Part shown: in pieces, positions 55,937 through 64,000 of the stretch
Layout of the letters: each line of letters begins with the position of its first letter
Position numbering within the stretch: the stretch's first letter is position 1
IMG/VR virus record: IMGVR_UViG_3300000976_000009
Location: 289,144 to 353,143 of that record
From: a virus
Direction: 5' to 3' (one strand)
DNA length: 64,000 nucleotides
Notes under the pieces: model-generated
Database searches by the model: none
Told to the model about the DNA's origin: nothing
What the model saw: only the letters and a program-made list of their open reading frames with translations
Made by a program: the position numbers and the translations under genes

Positions 55937-58006
55937 ATGGCAAAAAAGAAAAATTTGACAGTATTTCAAAGATTGAATAATATGTTCGGACCAGATGGTG
56001 TTAACGTACCAAAAAGTCAAACGAATCGTTATTCACTAGGAAATCAAGAGTTACTTAAAACTCAGTCAAAAGATGAATACAATACAGCTAAGTTACAAGC
56101 TCAGCAAAACAAATATCTTAGTGGTATGTGGTCTAAAGTGGATGGTGAGTTATATCAACAAGCAATTCATTATGAAACAACACGTATTGGTTCTTACGCT
56201 GATTTTGAATCAATGGAGTTTTATCCAGAGATTTCAGCGGCATTAGATATCATGATGGAAGAGGCAACAACCCCAAATGATAAGGGACAAGTAATTAATA
56301 TTTATTCGGATTCTAAAAGGGTTAAAGCCATCTTGGAGGATTTGTTTAAAAATAGACTAGATATACACACATCTTTACCAATGTGGACAAGAAACACTTG
56401 TAAATATGGTGATAATTTTGTGCATTTAAATATTGATGATAAAGCTGGAATATTGGGTGTTAAACAAATGCCTAATTTTGAGATGGAAAGAAGAGAGGGT
56501 GACCTTTATGATTCTATCGGGGCACATTCACGTAGAGGTGATATGCAACCAACTGGTGCTAACTCTACTGAATACGATAATAGAGTAAAATTTTATTGGA
56601 AAACTAAAGACATTGAGTTTAATTCTTGGCAAATTGCTCACTTTAGATTACTTGGTGACGATAGAAGAATCCCTTATGGTACATCAGTATTAGAAAAGGC
56701 TAGAAGGATATGGAAACAATTAGTGTTATCTGAGGATGCAATGTTAGTATATAGGGTGACTAGGGCTCCAGAAAGAAGAGTATATAAAGTATTCGTGGGT
56801 AATATCGATAATGAAGATGTACCATCATATGTTAATGATATCGCTAATCGATTTAAACGTAGTCCATTAGTCGATTCACAAACTGGTCAAATGGATTTAA
56901 GATATAACCAATTGGGGATGGACCAAGATATTTTTATACCAGTTAGGGATGAAAATGCTCAGAACCCAATTGATACATTACCAGGTGCTCAAAACTTAGA
57001 CCAAATTGCGGATATTGAATATTTACAAAGAAAACTATTTACAGCATTAAGGGTTCCTAAATCTTTTTTAGGTTTTGAAGAAGCTGTCGGGGAGGGTAAA
57101 AATTTAGCCTTACAAGATATTAGATTCTCTAGAACAGTAAATAGGATTCAACAAGCAATGATAATGGAACTAAACAAAGTTGCAATTATTCATTTATACT
57201 TATTAGGGTTTGAGGAAGATTTAGACAATTTCACTTTGACACTTAATAACCCATCGACTCAAGCTGAGATGCTTAAGATTGAACATTTACAACAAAAGAT
57301 AACTGCGTACAAGGATGCTGTTAGTGATTCTGGTAATGGATTTGGTCTAATGAGTATGACAAAAGCCAAAAGAGAGATTCTAGGGTGGTCTGATGATGAA
57401 ATTAAACAAGACTTGCTAGAGCAAAGAATGGAAAAAGCAGCCGCTGCTGAATTAGAGAATACATCTCAAGTAATTAAATACACTGGTCTATTCGATAAGG
57501 TAGATAAAATATATGGTGATATGGATATTGCTAGAGAAGGTGGTTCTACTGGTGATGATGAAGGTGGTGAAGAAGGTGGTTCTACTGGTGGAGCTGGAGG
57601 TTTCGGTGGAGGCGGTGGTCTCGGTGCTGATGACTTAGATTTTGGTGAAGAAGGTGATGAGGATTTCGGTGATGATGCTGGTGGTGATTTCGGTGATGCT
57701 GGTGATGATGCTGGTGGTGATGAGGATTTTGGTGAAGACCTTGGTGATGATGCTGGTGTCGAAGATTTTGGTGAAAACTATAAAAGAGTTAATAATCTAC
57801 TAACAGAAGAGAAAAAAAGATTAGTGGCACAACGTAATCATAAAATCAAAAAATATAAAGGTAATTATTTAGACAAATTAGCCGAATCTATCGCTCCAAT
57901 AGAGAAAAAGATAGAGAAAAGAACTAAAATGATTGATAAAAATCATAAAATAAACGATGATATTAATAATATGATTAATGAAATCGATGATAAATTAGAT
58001 GAGTAA
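55937..58006 (+). CDS. portal protein (T4 gp20-like) with Gly/Asp-rich tail
   Basis: EDAMLVYRVTRAPERR, IDTLPG..DIEY..KLF.AL.VP. Confidence 0.93.
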   Translation: MAKKKNLTVFQRLNNMFGPDGVNVPKSQTNRYSLGNQELLKTQSKDEYNTAKLQAQQNKYLSGMWSKVDGELYQQAIHYETTRIGSYADFESMEFYPEISAALDIMMEEATTPNDKGQVINIYSDSKRVKAILEDLFKNRLDIHTSLPMWTRNTCKYGDNFVHLNIDDKAGILGVKQMPNFEMERREGDLYDSIGAHSRRGDMQPTGANSTEYDNRVKFYWKTKDIEFNSWQIAHFRLLGDDRRIPYGTSVLEKARRIWKQLVLSEDAMLVYRVTRAPERRVYKVFVGNIDNEDVPSYVNDIANRFKRSPLVDSQTGQMDLRYNQLGMDQDIFIPVRDENAQNPIDTLPGAQNLDQIADIEYLQRKLFTALRVPKSFLGFEEAVGEGKNLALQDIRFSRTVNRIQQAMIMELNKVAIIHLYLLGFEEDLDNFTLTLNNPSTQAEMLKIEHLQQKITAYKDAVSDSGNGFGLMSMTKAKREILGWSDDEIKQDLLEQRMEKAAAAELENTSQVIKYTGLFDKVDKIYGDMDIAREGGSTGDDEGGEEGGSTGGAGGFGGGGGLGADDLDFGEEGDEDFGDDAGGDFGDAGDDAGGDEDFGEDLGDDAGVEDFGENYKRVNNLLTEEKKRLVAQRNHKIKKYKGNYLDKLAESIAPIEKKIEKRTKMIDKNHKINDDINNMINEIDDKLDE

Positions 58007-58055
58007 AAGCTGCTTTTGGGTAGTGCTCTAATATTTATTAATAAATTCAACAGTT

Positions 58056-58829
58056 ATGCAAAATTTCGGTAAAATTAAAAATAGCTTCAATTCATTATTA
58101 GTTGAAGCTATTGCTACAAATGATACTAAAAAGAAAAAGTTATTTAAAGAATATGTTAAAGCGATTAAGGGTAATAAAATCCTTAGAGCACAATTTCTAG
58201 TATATAATAATATTGAAGGAAAAGTTGAGACCAATGAGCACAAAGCGACTGAATTCGTTAAAGCCAATATTGATGTTTTATCTAAGTACACAAAAGAAGA
58301 AATAGTTGAAGCAAATAAGTCTTTATCTAAACCTCTTCTTATGGAAGGTGAATTACCTTTAGAAGATAATACCTTAAGTAAATTACATGAAAATATTACG
58401 TCATTAATATTTACGGAAAAGAAACCAAAAACTGTTGATACAATAGTTGAATCTTTAAGTGGTGTTGTTGAATATATTAAAGAGAATGAAATTAAAGAAA
58501 CAAGTGAAGTTAGTCATCTACCAAATAGTATGCTTTCTAACATCGCTGTTGACAAATTTAATGATAGATACTCAGAATTAAATGAAGATGAAAAAAGTGT
58601 TTTAAAAACCATCTTAGAATCTGATGATGAGGGAAAAAAAGAAATCTACGAAAACCTTTCAAGAGAATGTATTGATTTAGTTGATAAAAATTTAACTGAA
58701 TCAGACATTGATTCGAAAGAAAAATTACTAGCTGTAAAAGACAGACTTCTTAGATTAGAATTTATTTCAGAAAGTTTTATAAGTGACATTAGTAAACTAA
58801 TTGAATTAAAAAGTGATTTAAGCGAATAA
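58056..58829 (+). CDS. hypothetical head-module protein
   Basis: 257 aa, TATTTAT upstream. Confidence 0.75.
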   Translation: MQNFGKIKNSFNSLLVEAIATNDTKKKKLFKEYVKAIKGNKILRAQFLVYNNIEGKVETNEHKATEFVKANIDVLSKYTKEEIVEANKSLSKPLLMEGELPLEDNTLSKLHENITSLIFTEKKPKTVDTIVESLSGVVEYIKENEIKETSEVSHLPNSMLSNIAVDKFNDRYSELNEDEKSVLKTILESDDEGKKEIYENLSRECIDLVDKNLTESDIDSKEKLLAVKDRLLRLEFISESFISDISKLIELKSDLSE

Positions 58830-58837
58830 AATTAAAT

Positions 58838-59218
58838 ATGGAAAACAATATGGACAGTGTAAACGTAGAATTGATATTACATAGGTTAGACGAGATTTCT
58901 AGAAAACAAGATGACTTCAACAAAAAAGTTGAAGATTTAAGTATCCAACTAGCTAAAGTAAAAACAATAGAAAATACAGTAGATGACATTAAAGGGTGGA
59001 AAGAGAAAGTTCAAGAGACTATATCTACAGCAGAACTTAATGAAATTAAAGTATGGAAAAATAAGATGGAAGAATTGATGTCTCCAACTCAATTATCCAC
59101 ATTTATTAAAGAGCACGATAGTTTTAAAACCTTCAAAACACAAGCTATGATGATATGGGTTGTTGTTCAAGGTTTAATGGCTATTGCAATCTTTTGGGAT
59201 AAGATTTTTGGGGGGTAA
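58838..59218 (+). CDS. coiled-coil protein with C-terminal TM segment
   Basis: heptad pattern, hydrophobic end. Confidence 0.7.
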   Translation: MENNMDSVNVELILHRLDEISRKQDDFNKKVEDLSIQLAKVKTIENTVDDIKGWKEKVQETISTAELNEIKVWKNKMEELMSPTQLSTFIKEHDSFKTFKTQAMMIWVVVQGLMAIAIFWDKIFGG

Positions 59219-59288
59219 ACATAGTTTGACTTTTCCAAAAAAAAGAAGTATACTTGTGTAAATATAATATACCATATAATACCAAGTA

Positions 59289-59738
59289 ATGACTAAAAGA
59301 GGGAAAGAATTAAAAATGGATTTATCACCAAGCTACAATATAGTTTGTGGTACTGTTGATAATAAAAACGCTAAAGCAATCTATGTTAATATATCTGCAT
59401 GGGGGGAGCCAACATCAGAAGAAGAAATGGATTATGGGAGAGTAATTAGTAGACTTAATAAGTGTGTTAGGCAATCAACTTACAATCACTTAAATGATAA
59501 CTATCCAGATATATTCTATGCTGATAGAACTATTGTTGATTTAGACATGCGTGAATCTGGTGTTAGATTTGGGAAAAGAAGTTTCATGAATTGTGAGATG
59601 ACTATTTTTCAAAAGCATTCAGATAATAGTGCTATTAATGATGGTCCAACACCAGAATTATTATCTAAAATAGTTAATGAGGCAGTAACGTGTTTAGATA
59701 GCTTTAATCATTTTAATTTTAATAAGAAGAAAAATTAA
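59289..59738 (+). CDS. hypothetical protein
   Basis: 149-aa ORF. Confidence 0.75.
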   Translation: MTKRGKELKMDLSPSYNIVCGTVDNKNAKAIYVNISAWGEPTSEEEMDYGRVISRLNKCVRQSTYNHLNDNYPDIFYADRTIVDLDMRESGVRFGKRSFMNCEMTIFQKHSDNSAINDGPTPELLSKIVNEAVTCLDSFNHFNFNKKKN

Positions 59739-59757
59739 TATAAAATAAGATTTAATT

Positions 59758-59790
59758 AAAACCCCTAACTAATTTAGTTAGGGGTTTTTT
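59758..59790 (+). terminator. intrinsic terminator
   Basis: AAAACCCCTAACTA..TAGTTAGGGGTTTTTT. Confidence 0.85.
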
Positions 59791-59826
59791 GTTTGTATTG
59801 ACATATTTATAGTTAAAGCAAACAAT

Positions 59827-60525
59827 ATGTCTGATATAAAATTATTAAAAGCGGGTAAAACTGGTTTCGGTCTTATGATTGAGAGTGATGCTGGTTTCAT
59901 AGCCCCAAACGATATACGTAACCAACCTTTCATTACTGAGGTTAAAAAATTAGAGAAAGGTGGAGTAGTTATGGCTGAACCATTAAAACTATTTGTAGTC
60001 CTACAAAAATACGGTGTTGAAAATAGGAACGGAAGAATATACCCAGAACATTTATTAAGAAAGCAAGCGGAAGAATACCAAGTATTGATTGACAATAGGT
60101 CAGCGATTGGGGAATCCGACCACCCAGAGTCATCTATTATTTCAAATGACAGAGTGTCACATGAGATTACTAAGATATGGTGGGAAGGTAAAACACTTGT
60201 AGGTGAGATTGAAATATTAATGTCCCCAGGATTTATTACTCAAGGAATTATTTCATGTGAAGGTGACAGAGTTGCTAACATGTTGAGAAAAGGAATTAGA
60301 GTTGGTGTATCTTCAAGAGGGGTTGGTTCACTTCAAGAAATAAAGGGAAAAAATATCGTACAAGATGATTTTGAATTAATTTGTTGGGATATTGTAACAA
60401 GTCCTTCTACACCAGGTGCCTATATGTTCAAAGGTTCCGAAGAGGCGAGACCATTTGTGGAATCCGCTAAGAAGAAAAAACCATTATTGGTTGATAAATT
60501 GAACAAATTTTTACTTGATGATTAA
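59827..60525 (+). CDS. prohead protease (T4 gp21-like)
   Basis: NRNGRIYP, GESDHP, GVSSRGVG, D.V..PS. Confidence 0.93.
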   Translation: MSDIKLLKAGKTGFGLMIESDAGFIAPNDIRNQPFITEVKKLEKGGVVMAEPLKLFVVLQKYGVENRNGRIYPEHLLRKQAEEYQVLIDNRSAIGESDHPESSIISNDRVSHEITKIWWEGKTLVGEIEILMSPGFITQGIISCEGDRVANMLRKGIRVGVSSRGVGSLQEIKGKNIVQDDFELICWDIVTSPSTPGAYMFKGSEEARPFVESAKKKKPLLVDKLNKFLLDD

Positions 60526-60647
60526 ATATCTATTAAGATAAGATTCAGTTTTTTTATCGAAAACAGGATTTTTTGATTTTTAATACATATTTATTAACAA
60601 GAAAGAGCATAAAGCTCACTTAACAAATTTCTAAAAAGAAAAATAAA

Positions 60648-62120
60648 ATGGCCGAAAAGAAAAAGTCGATAATTGAAGAAGCTCTTTTGGATGCGAATAG
60701 AATCCAAGAAGCTTTAAATTCCAACACTAAAGAAATACTTCGTAGCGTTGCTAGAGAAGAAATTGATGGTTTGGTAAAAGAATCTTTGCAAGAAGATGAC
60801 TATGAGGAAGAGGACGTTGAAGATACTGAGGAATTAGATTTAGCTGATGCAAGTGATGATGAAGTTGCTGGTGATGAAGCTGGAGAAGAAGAATTAGAAT
60901 TAGATGCGGCATCTGACGACTACGAAGAGGCTGGTATGGACGACACGGAAGATAGTGAAATGAACTATGGTGGAGAAGAAGAATCTGGAGAGGATTATGA
61001 AATGGACATGACTGGAGCATCAGATGAAGATGTAATTTCTGTATATAAGAAATTATCTGGAGATGATGAAATTGAAGTAGTATCCGATAATGAAGTACAC
61101 ATTAAAGACCCAGTAAGTGGTTCTGAATACCATGTTAAATTAGGTGGTGATGAAGAAGCAACTGAGGAACTAGCACCAGAAATGGAATTAGGTCTTGAAA
61201 CAGGTGTTGAAGATGAGTACGCTGATGAAACTGAAACCGAGGTCCCTTACGAGGAAGGTTTAGGTGAGAGTGTTGTTTATGAAGTAACACTTGAAGAAGA
61301 AGTTTCTGAAAATGAAGAAATAACAGAAGAAACAAGTATTGGTGCAACTGCTAAAGGTAAACCAAGAACTGCGAATAGCGATGTGACTATGGGTAATGAA
61401 GCTACGGCTCCTAACACTGGTAATATCGATGGTCAAAAAGCACCTGTCGGAAATGAAAATGAGGACAATTGGGCTGGTGACAACCTTCAAGGTGGATTTG
61501 ATGATGATGGTGAAAACGGTAGTGGTGATAATCACGCTGACCATATTATGGAAGATGAAACAATTGAAGAAAACGAAGAGACTGTAACTGAGGAAGACGA
61601 AGTAACAGAAGCTGAGGAAGTTGTTGATGAGACTAAAAAAGTTGGTGGTAAGGTTAAGTATGTGGGTACTGCACACACAAATGAAAAACTTGAAGAAACT
61701 GTTGCAAAATATAACAATCTTTTAGCTGAATCTAAACAATTAAAACAAGAGAACTCTGAATTCAGAGGGGCACTTAAGAAGTTTAGAACTATGTTAGGAG
61801 AGACAGTGGTTTTTAACACTAATTTAACCAATGTGACTAGATTGTTTACTGAACACTCAACTACTAAAGTAGAGAAAGAAGCAATCATTGCAAGATTTGA
61901 TAACGAGGTATCAACTATCAAGGAATCAAAAAGGTTATACAAAACCATCGCATCTGAATTGAGTAAAAAGACTCCAATGAATGAAGCGATAGAAAATAAA
62001 ATTTCTAAAGAAGCTGGAAGCAGTGTTTCTAAACAATTAAACGAAAACACAGCTTACGTTGATGCTTCAACACAAAGAATAATGGATTTAATTTCTAGAG
62101 TTGAAAAGCCTAGAGACTAA
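60648..62120 (+). CDS. prohead core/scaffold protein (gp22-like)
   Basis: very acidic, coiled coil, between protease and capsid genes. Confidence 0.8.
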   Translation: MAEKKKSIIEEALLDANRIQEALNSNTKEILRSVAREEIDGLVKESLQEDDYEEEDVEDTEELDLADASDDEVAGDEAGEEELELDAASDDYEEAGMDDTEDSEMNYGGEEESGEDYEMDMTGASDEDVISVYKKLSGDDEIEVVSDNEVHIKDPVSGSEYHVKLGGDEEATEELAPEMELGLETGVEDEYADETETEVPYEEGLGESVVYEVTLEEEVSENEEITEETSIGATAKGKPRTANSDVTMGNEATAPNTGNIDGQKAPVGNENEDNWAGDNLQGGFDDDGENGSGDNHADHIMEDETIEENEETVTEEDEVTEAEEVVDETKKVGGKVKYVGTAHTNEKLEETVAKYNNLLAESKQLKQENSEFRGALKKFRTMLGETVVFNTNLTNVTRLFTEHSTTKVEKEAIIARFDNEVSTIKESKRLYKTIASELSKKTPMNEAIENKISKEAGSSVSKQLNENTAYVDASTQRIMDLISRVEKPRD

Positions 62121-62149
62121 ACTAAAAGTAAGATTTAAAAAATAAAACT

Positions 62150-63937
62150 ATGAATCATTTATTAACATCTGGACAAGTCGGAAATATTGGACTAAACCAC
62201 ATGAAACAAGTACGTCAACAAACCCAAGCAAAATGGGAAGGTTTAGGTTTCTTAGAAGGACTTAAAGGGCACGTAAAAGAGAACATCGCTCAGTTATATG
62301 AGAATGAAGCTTCTCACTTATTAAACGAATCAACTACAGCAGATTCATCTGGGTCTTTCGAGACAGTAGTATTCCCAATCGTTAGAAGAGTATTCTCTAA
62401 ATTATTGGCGAATGATATCGTATCTGTACAAGCAATGAACATGCCAATTGGTAAATTGTTCTTCTTCGTACCTCAAACATCTGATAGAACAGATAACGCT
62501 GGTAACTACGGTAACCCGCACTTAACAGGAAACGCATCTTTATCAGCACATACTTCTATGGCTGACCAATTGCCAGACTGTGTTACTGCTTCTGCTGGTT
62601 GTGCATTAACTACTTTCGCTGCAAAGAATCTTTACGATATCTACTACAACGATGGTTTATTCGATGCATCTAAAGGAGAAATTACAATTATCGCTGGTAA
62701 CGTAACAATCGTTACAATGGGTGCTGATGGTAACTTTACTGACGAAGCTGATGCTTCAAATTCTGCTTTATCTACAGACGGTTCATTAAGAAACGTTATG
62801 TTAAGAGTATCTGGGTTCACTGGTGGAGCTGGAAACGACAAAGGTAGATTAACTGGACCAGATGGTCACAACATGGATACTGAATCTTTCTTAGCTTCAC
62901 TTAAGATTGTAAACGGTGCAACTCCATTTGTTGATGCTGATGGTGCTGAAATTATCGCTGCAAACGCTGAAATTCCTTTCAGATTGGTAACAAACAAATA
63001 CGGTAAAGGTATTGTTGAATATGATGACATTTGTGATTCATTAGGAAACATTTACTTAGAGGCTGATTTATCTCACCCTTCTACTGTAACTGAAACGTAT
63101 GATGGATATATTGGTACTACTGGTACTACTGCTACATCTGCTGATTTCTTAGCTTCATGGGCTGAATACGCATCTTTAGAGTTAGAAACTGAACTTGGTG
63201 AAGTTTCATTTAAACTTGATGAAGTTGTTGTTGCTGTTGAAGAAAGAAAGTTGAGAGCTACATGGTCTCCAGAATTAGCTCAAGATGTTAGTGCATTCCA
63301 CAACATTGATGCTGAGGCTGAATTGACTGCAATGCTTTCTGAGCAAGTTGCTGCTGAAATCGATAGAGAAATCTTAAGAGATTTGAGAAAAGCTGCTGCA
63401 TGGCAATTAAGATGGGATTACAACGGATGGAGAAAAGCTTCTTCTGCTGCATCACCATATACGCAAAAAGAATGGAACCAAACGTTAATTACTAAGGTAA
63501 ACCAAATTTCTGCACAAATCCATAAATCTACTTTGAGAGGTGGAGCCAACTTCATCGTTGTATCTTCTGAAATCTCAGCAGTAATGGATGACTTGGAGTA
63601 CTTCCACGTAAGTGATGCTTCTCCAGAGCAAGACCAATATAATATGGGAATCGAGAGAGTAGGTTCATTATCTGGTAGATACCAAGTCTACAGAGACCCT
63701 TACGCTCCAGCGAAGTCTATGATTATTGGACATAAAGGAAAATCATTGTTAGACACTGGTTACATCTACGCACCATACGTGCCAATGCAACTTACACCTA
63801 CAATGTACAATCCGTTTAACTTCGCACCAGTGAAGGGAATCATGACTAGGTACGCCAAAAAAGTCGTGAATAACAGATTCTACGGTCAAATCACGGTTGA
63901 CGGAATTCCAACATTCAACATTGCAGAATTGAGATAA
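62150..63937 (+). CDS. major capsid protein (T4 gp23-like)
   Basis: VQAMNMP.G, RKLRATWSPELAQD, EIDREI, YAPYVP, TRY. Confidence 0.96.
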   Translation: MNHLLTSGQVGNIGLNHMKQVRQQTQAKWEGLGFLEGLKGHVKENIAQLYENEASHLLNESTTADSSGSFETVVFPIVRRVFSKLLANDIVSVQAMNMPIGKLFFFVPQTSDRTDNAGNYGNPHLTGNASLSAHTSMADQLPDCVTASAGCALTTFAAKNLYDIYYNDGLFDASKGEITIIAGNVTIVTMGADGNFTDEADASNSALSTDGSLRNVMLRVSGFTGGAGNDKGRLTGPDGHNMDTESFLASLKIVNGATPFVDADGAEIIAANAEIPFRLVTNKYGKGIVEYDDICDSLGNIYLEADLSHPSTVTETYDGYIGTTGTTATSADFLASWAEYASLELETELGEVSFKLDEVVVAVEERKLRATWSPELAQDVSAFHNIDAEAELTAMLSEQVAAEIDREILRDLRKAAAWQLRWDYNGWRKASSAASPYTQKEWNQTLITKVNQISAQIHKSTLRGGANFIVVSSEISAVMDDLEYFHVSDASPEQDQYNMGIERVGSLSGRYQVYRDPYAPAKSMIIGHKGKSLLDTGYIYAPYVPMQLTPTMYNPFNFAPVKGIMTRYAKKVVNNRFYGQITVDGIPTFNIAELR

Positions 63938-63960
63938 TATCAATAAAAAGCATATAAAAC

Positions 63961-63992
63961 AAAAAAGCCTTAACTATAGTTAAGGCTTTTTT
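63961..63992 (+). terminator. intrinsic terminator
   Basis: AAAAAAGCCTTAAC-TATA-GTTAAGGCTTTTTT. Confidence 0.9.
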
Positions 63993-64000
63993 GTTTTATA

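Noticed and set aside
57535-57775. GGTGATGATGCT-type repeats
   Set aside because: They encode the low-complexity Gly/Asp tail of the portal protein
50891-62050. Long minus-strand ORFs opposite structural genes
   Set aside because: Shadow frames produced by the codon bias of acidic proteins
53833-63937. Introns or inteins in terminase, portal or capsid genes
   Set aside because: The frames are continuous, with no intein or homing-endonuclease motifs seen
1-64000. Stop-codon reassignment
   Set aside because: Core genes are intact in code 11, and TAG and TGA both terminate tightly packed ORFs

Overview
AT-rich 64-kb segment of a large T4-like (myovirus-type) phage. It very probably infects a Bacteroidota host, because many genes carry TTTG-N~20-TAnnTTTG host promoters and A-rich leaders without a Shine-Dalgarno. 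From left to right: (1) 0-7.5 kb, dense small hypothetical ORFs. (2) 7.5-17.95 kb, a distinct island of promoter cassettes, 14 of which are predicted to start with the same leader GUCAAAUUAA, interleaved with several candidate ncRNAs and bounded by unusual non-coding DNA. (3) 18-48 kb, accessory and host-takeover genes: CAP, TerC, site-2 protease, nucleotidyltransferase, SET, receiver domain, nucleases, thioredoxin, LRR, YkuK, a frameshifted ATPase/acetyltransferase, SLT, ClpC, KTSC, ThyA. (4) 48-64 kb, late module: fibre, candidate internal head proteins, terminase, portal, prohead protease, scaffold, major capsid protein. The most striking signals are in the island. The first is a two-headed, anticodon-less tRNA: a circularly permuted tRNA nested in the anticodon arm of another (14744-14882). 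The others are a third tRNA-like domain whose anticodon is masked by base pairing inside a ~460-nt RNA, two elements antisense to the shared leader plus start codon, and a duplicated constant-variable-constant small RNA. All calls were made by eye, without database searches or folding software.
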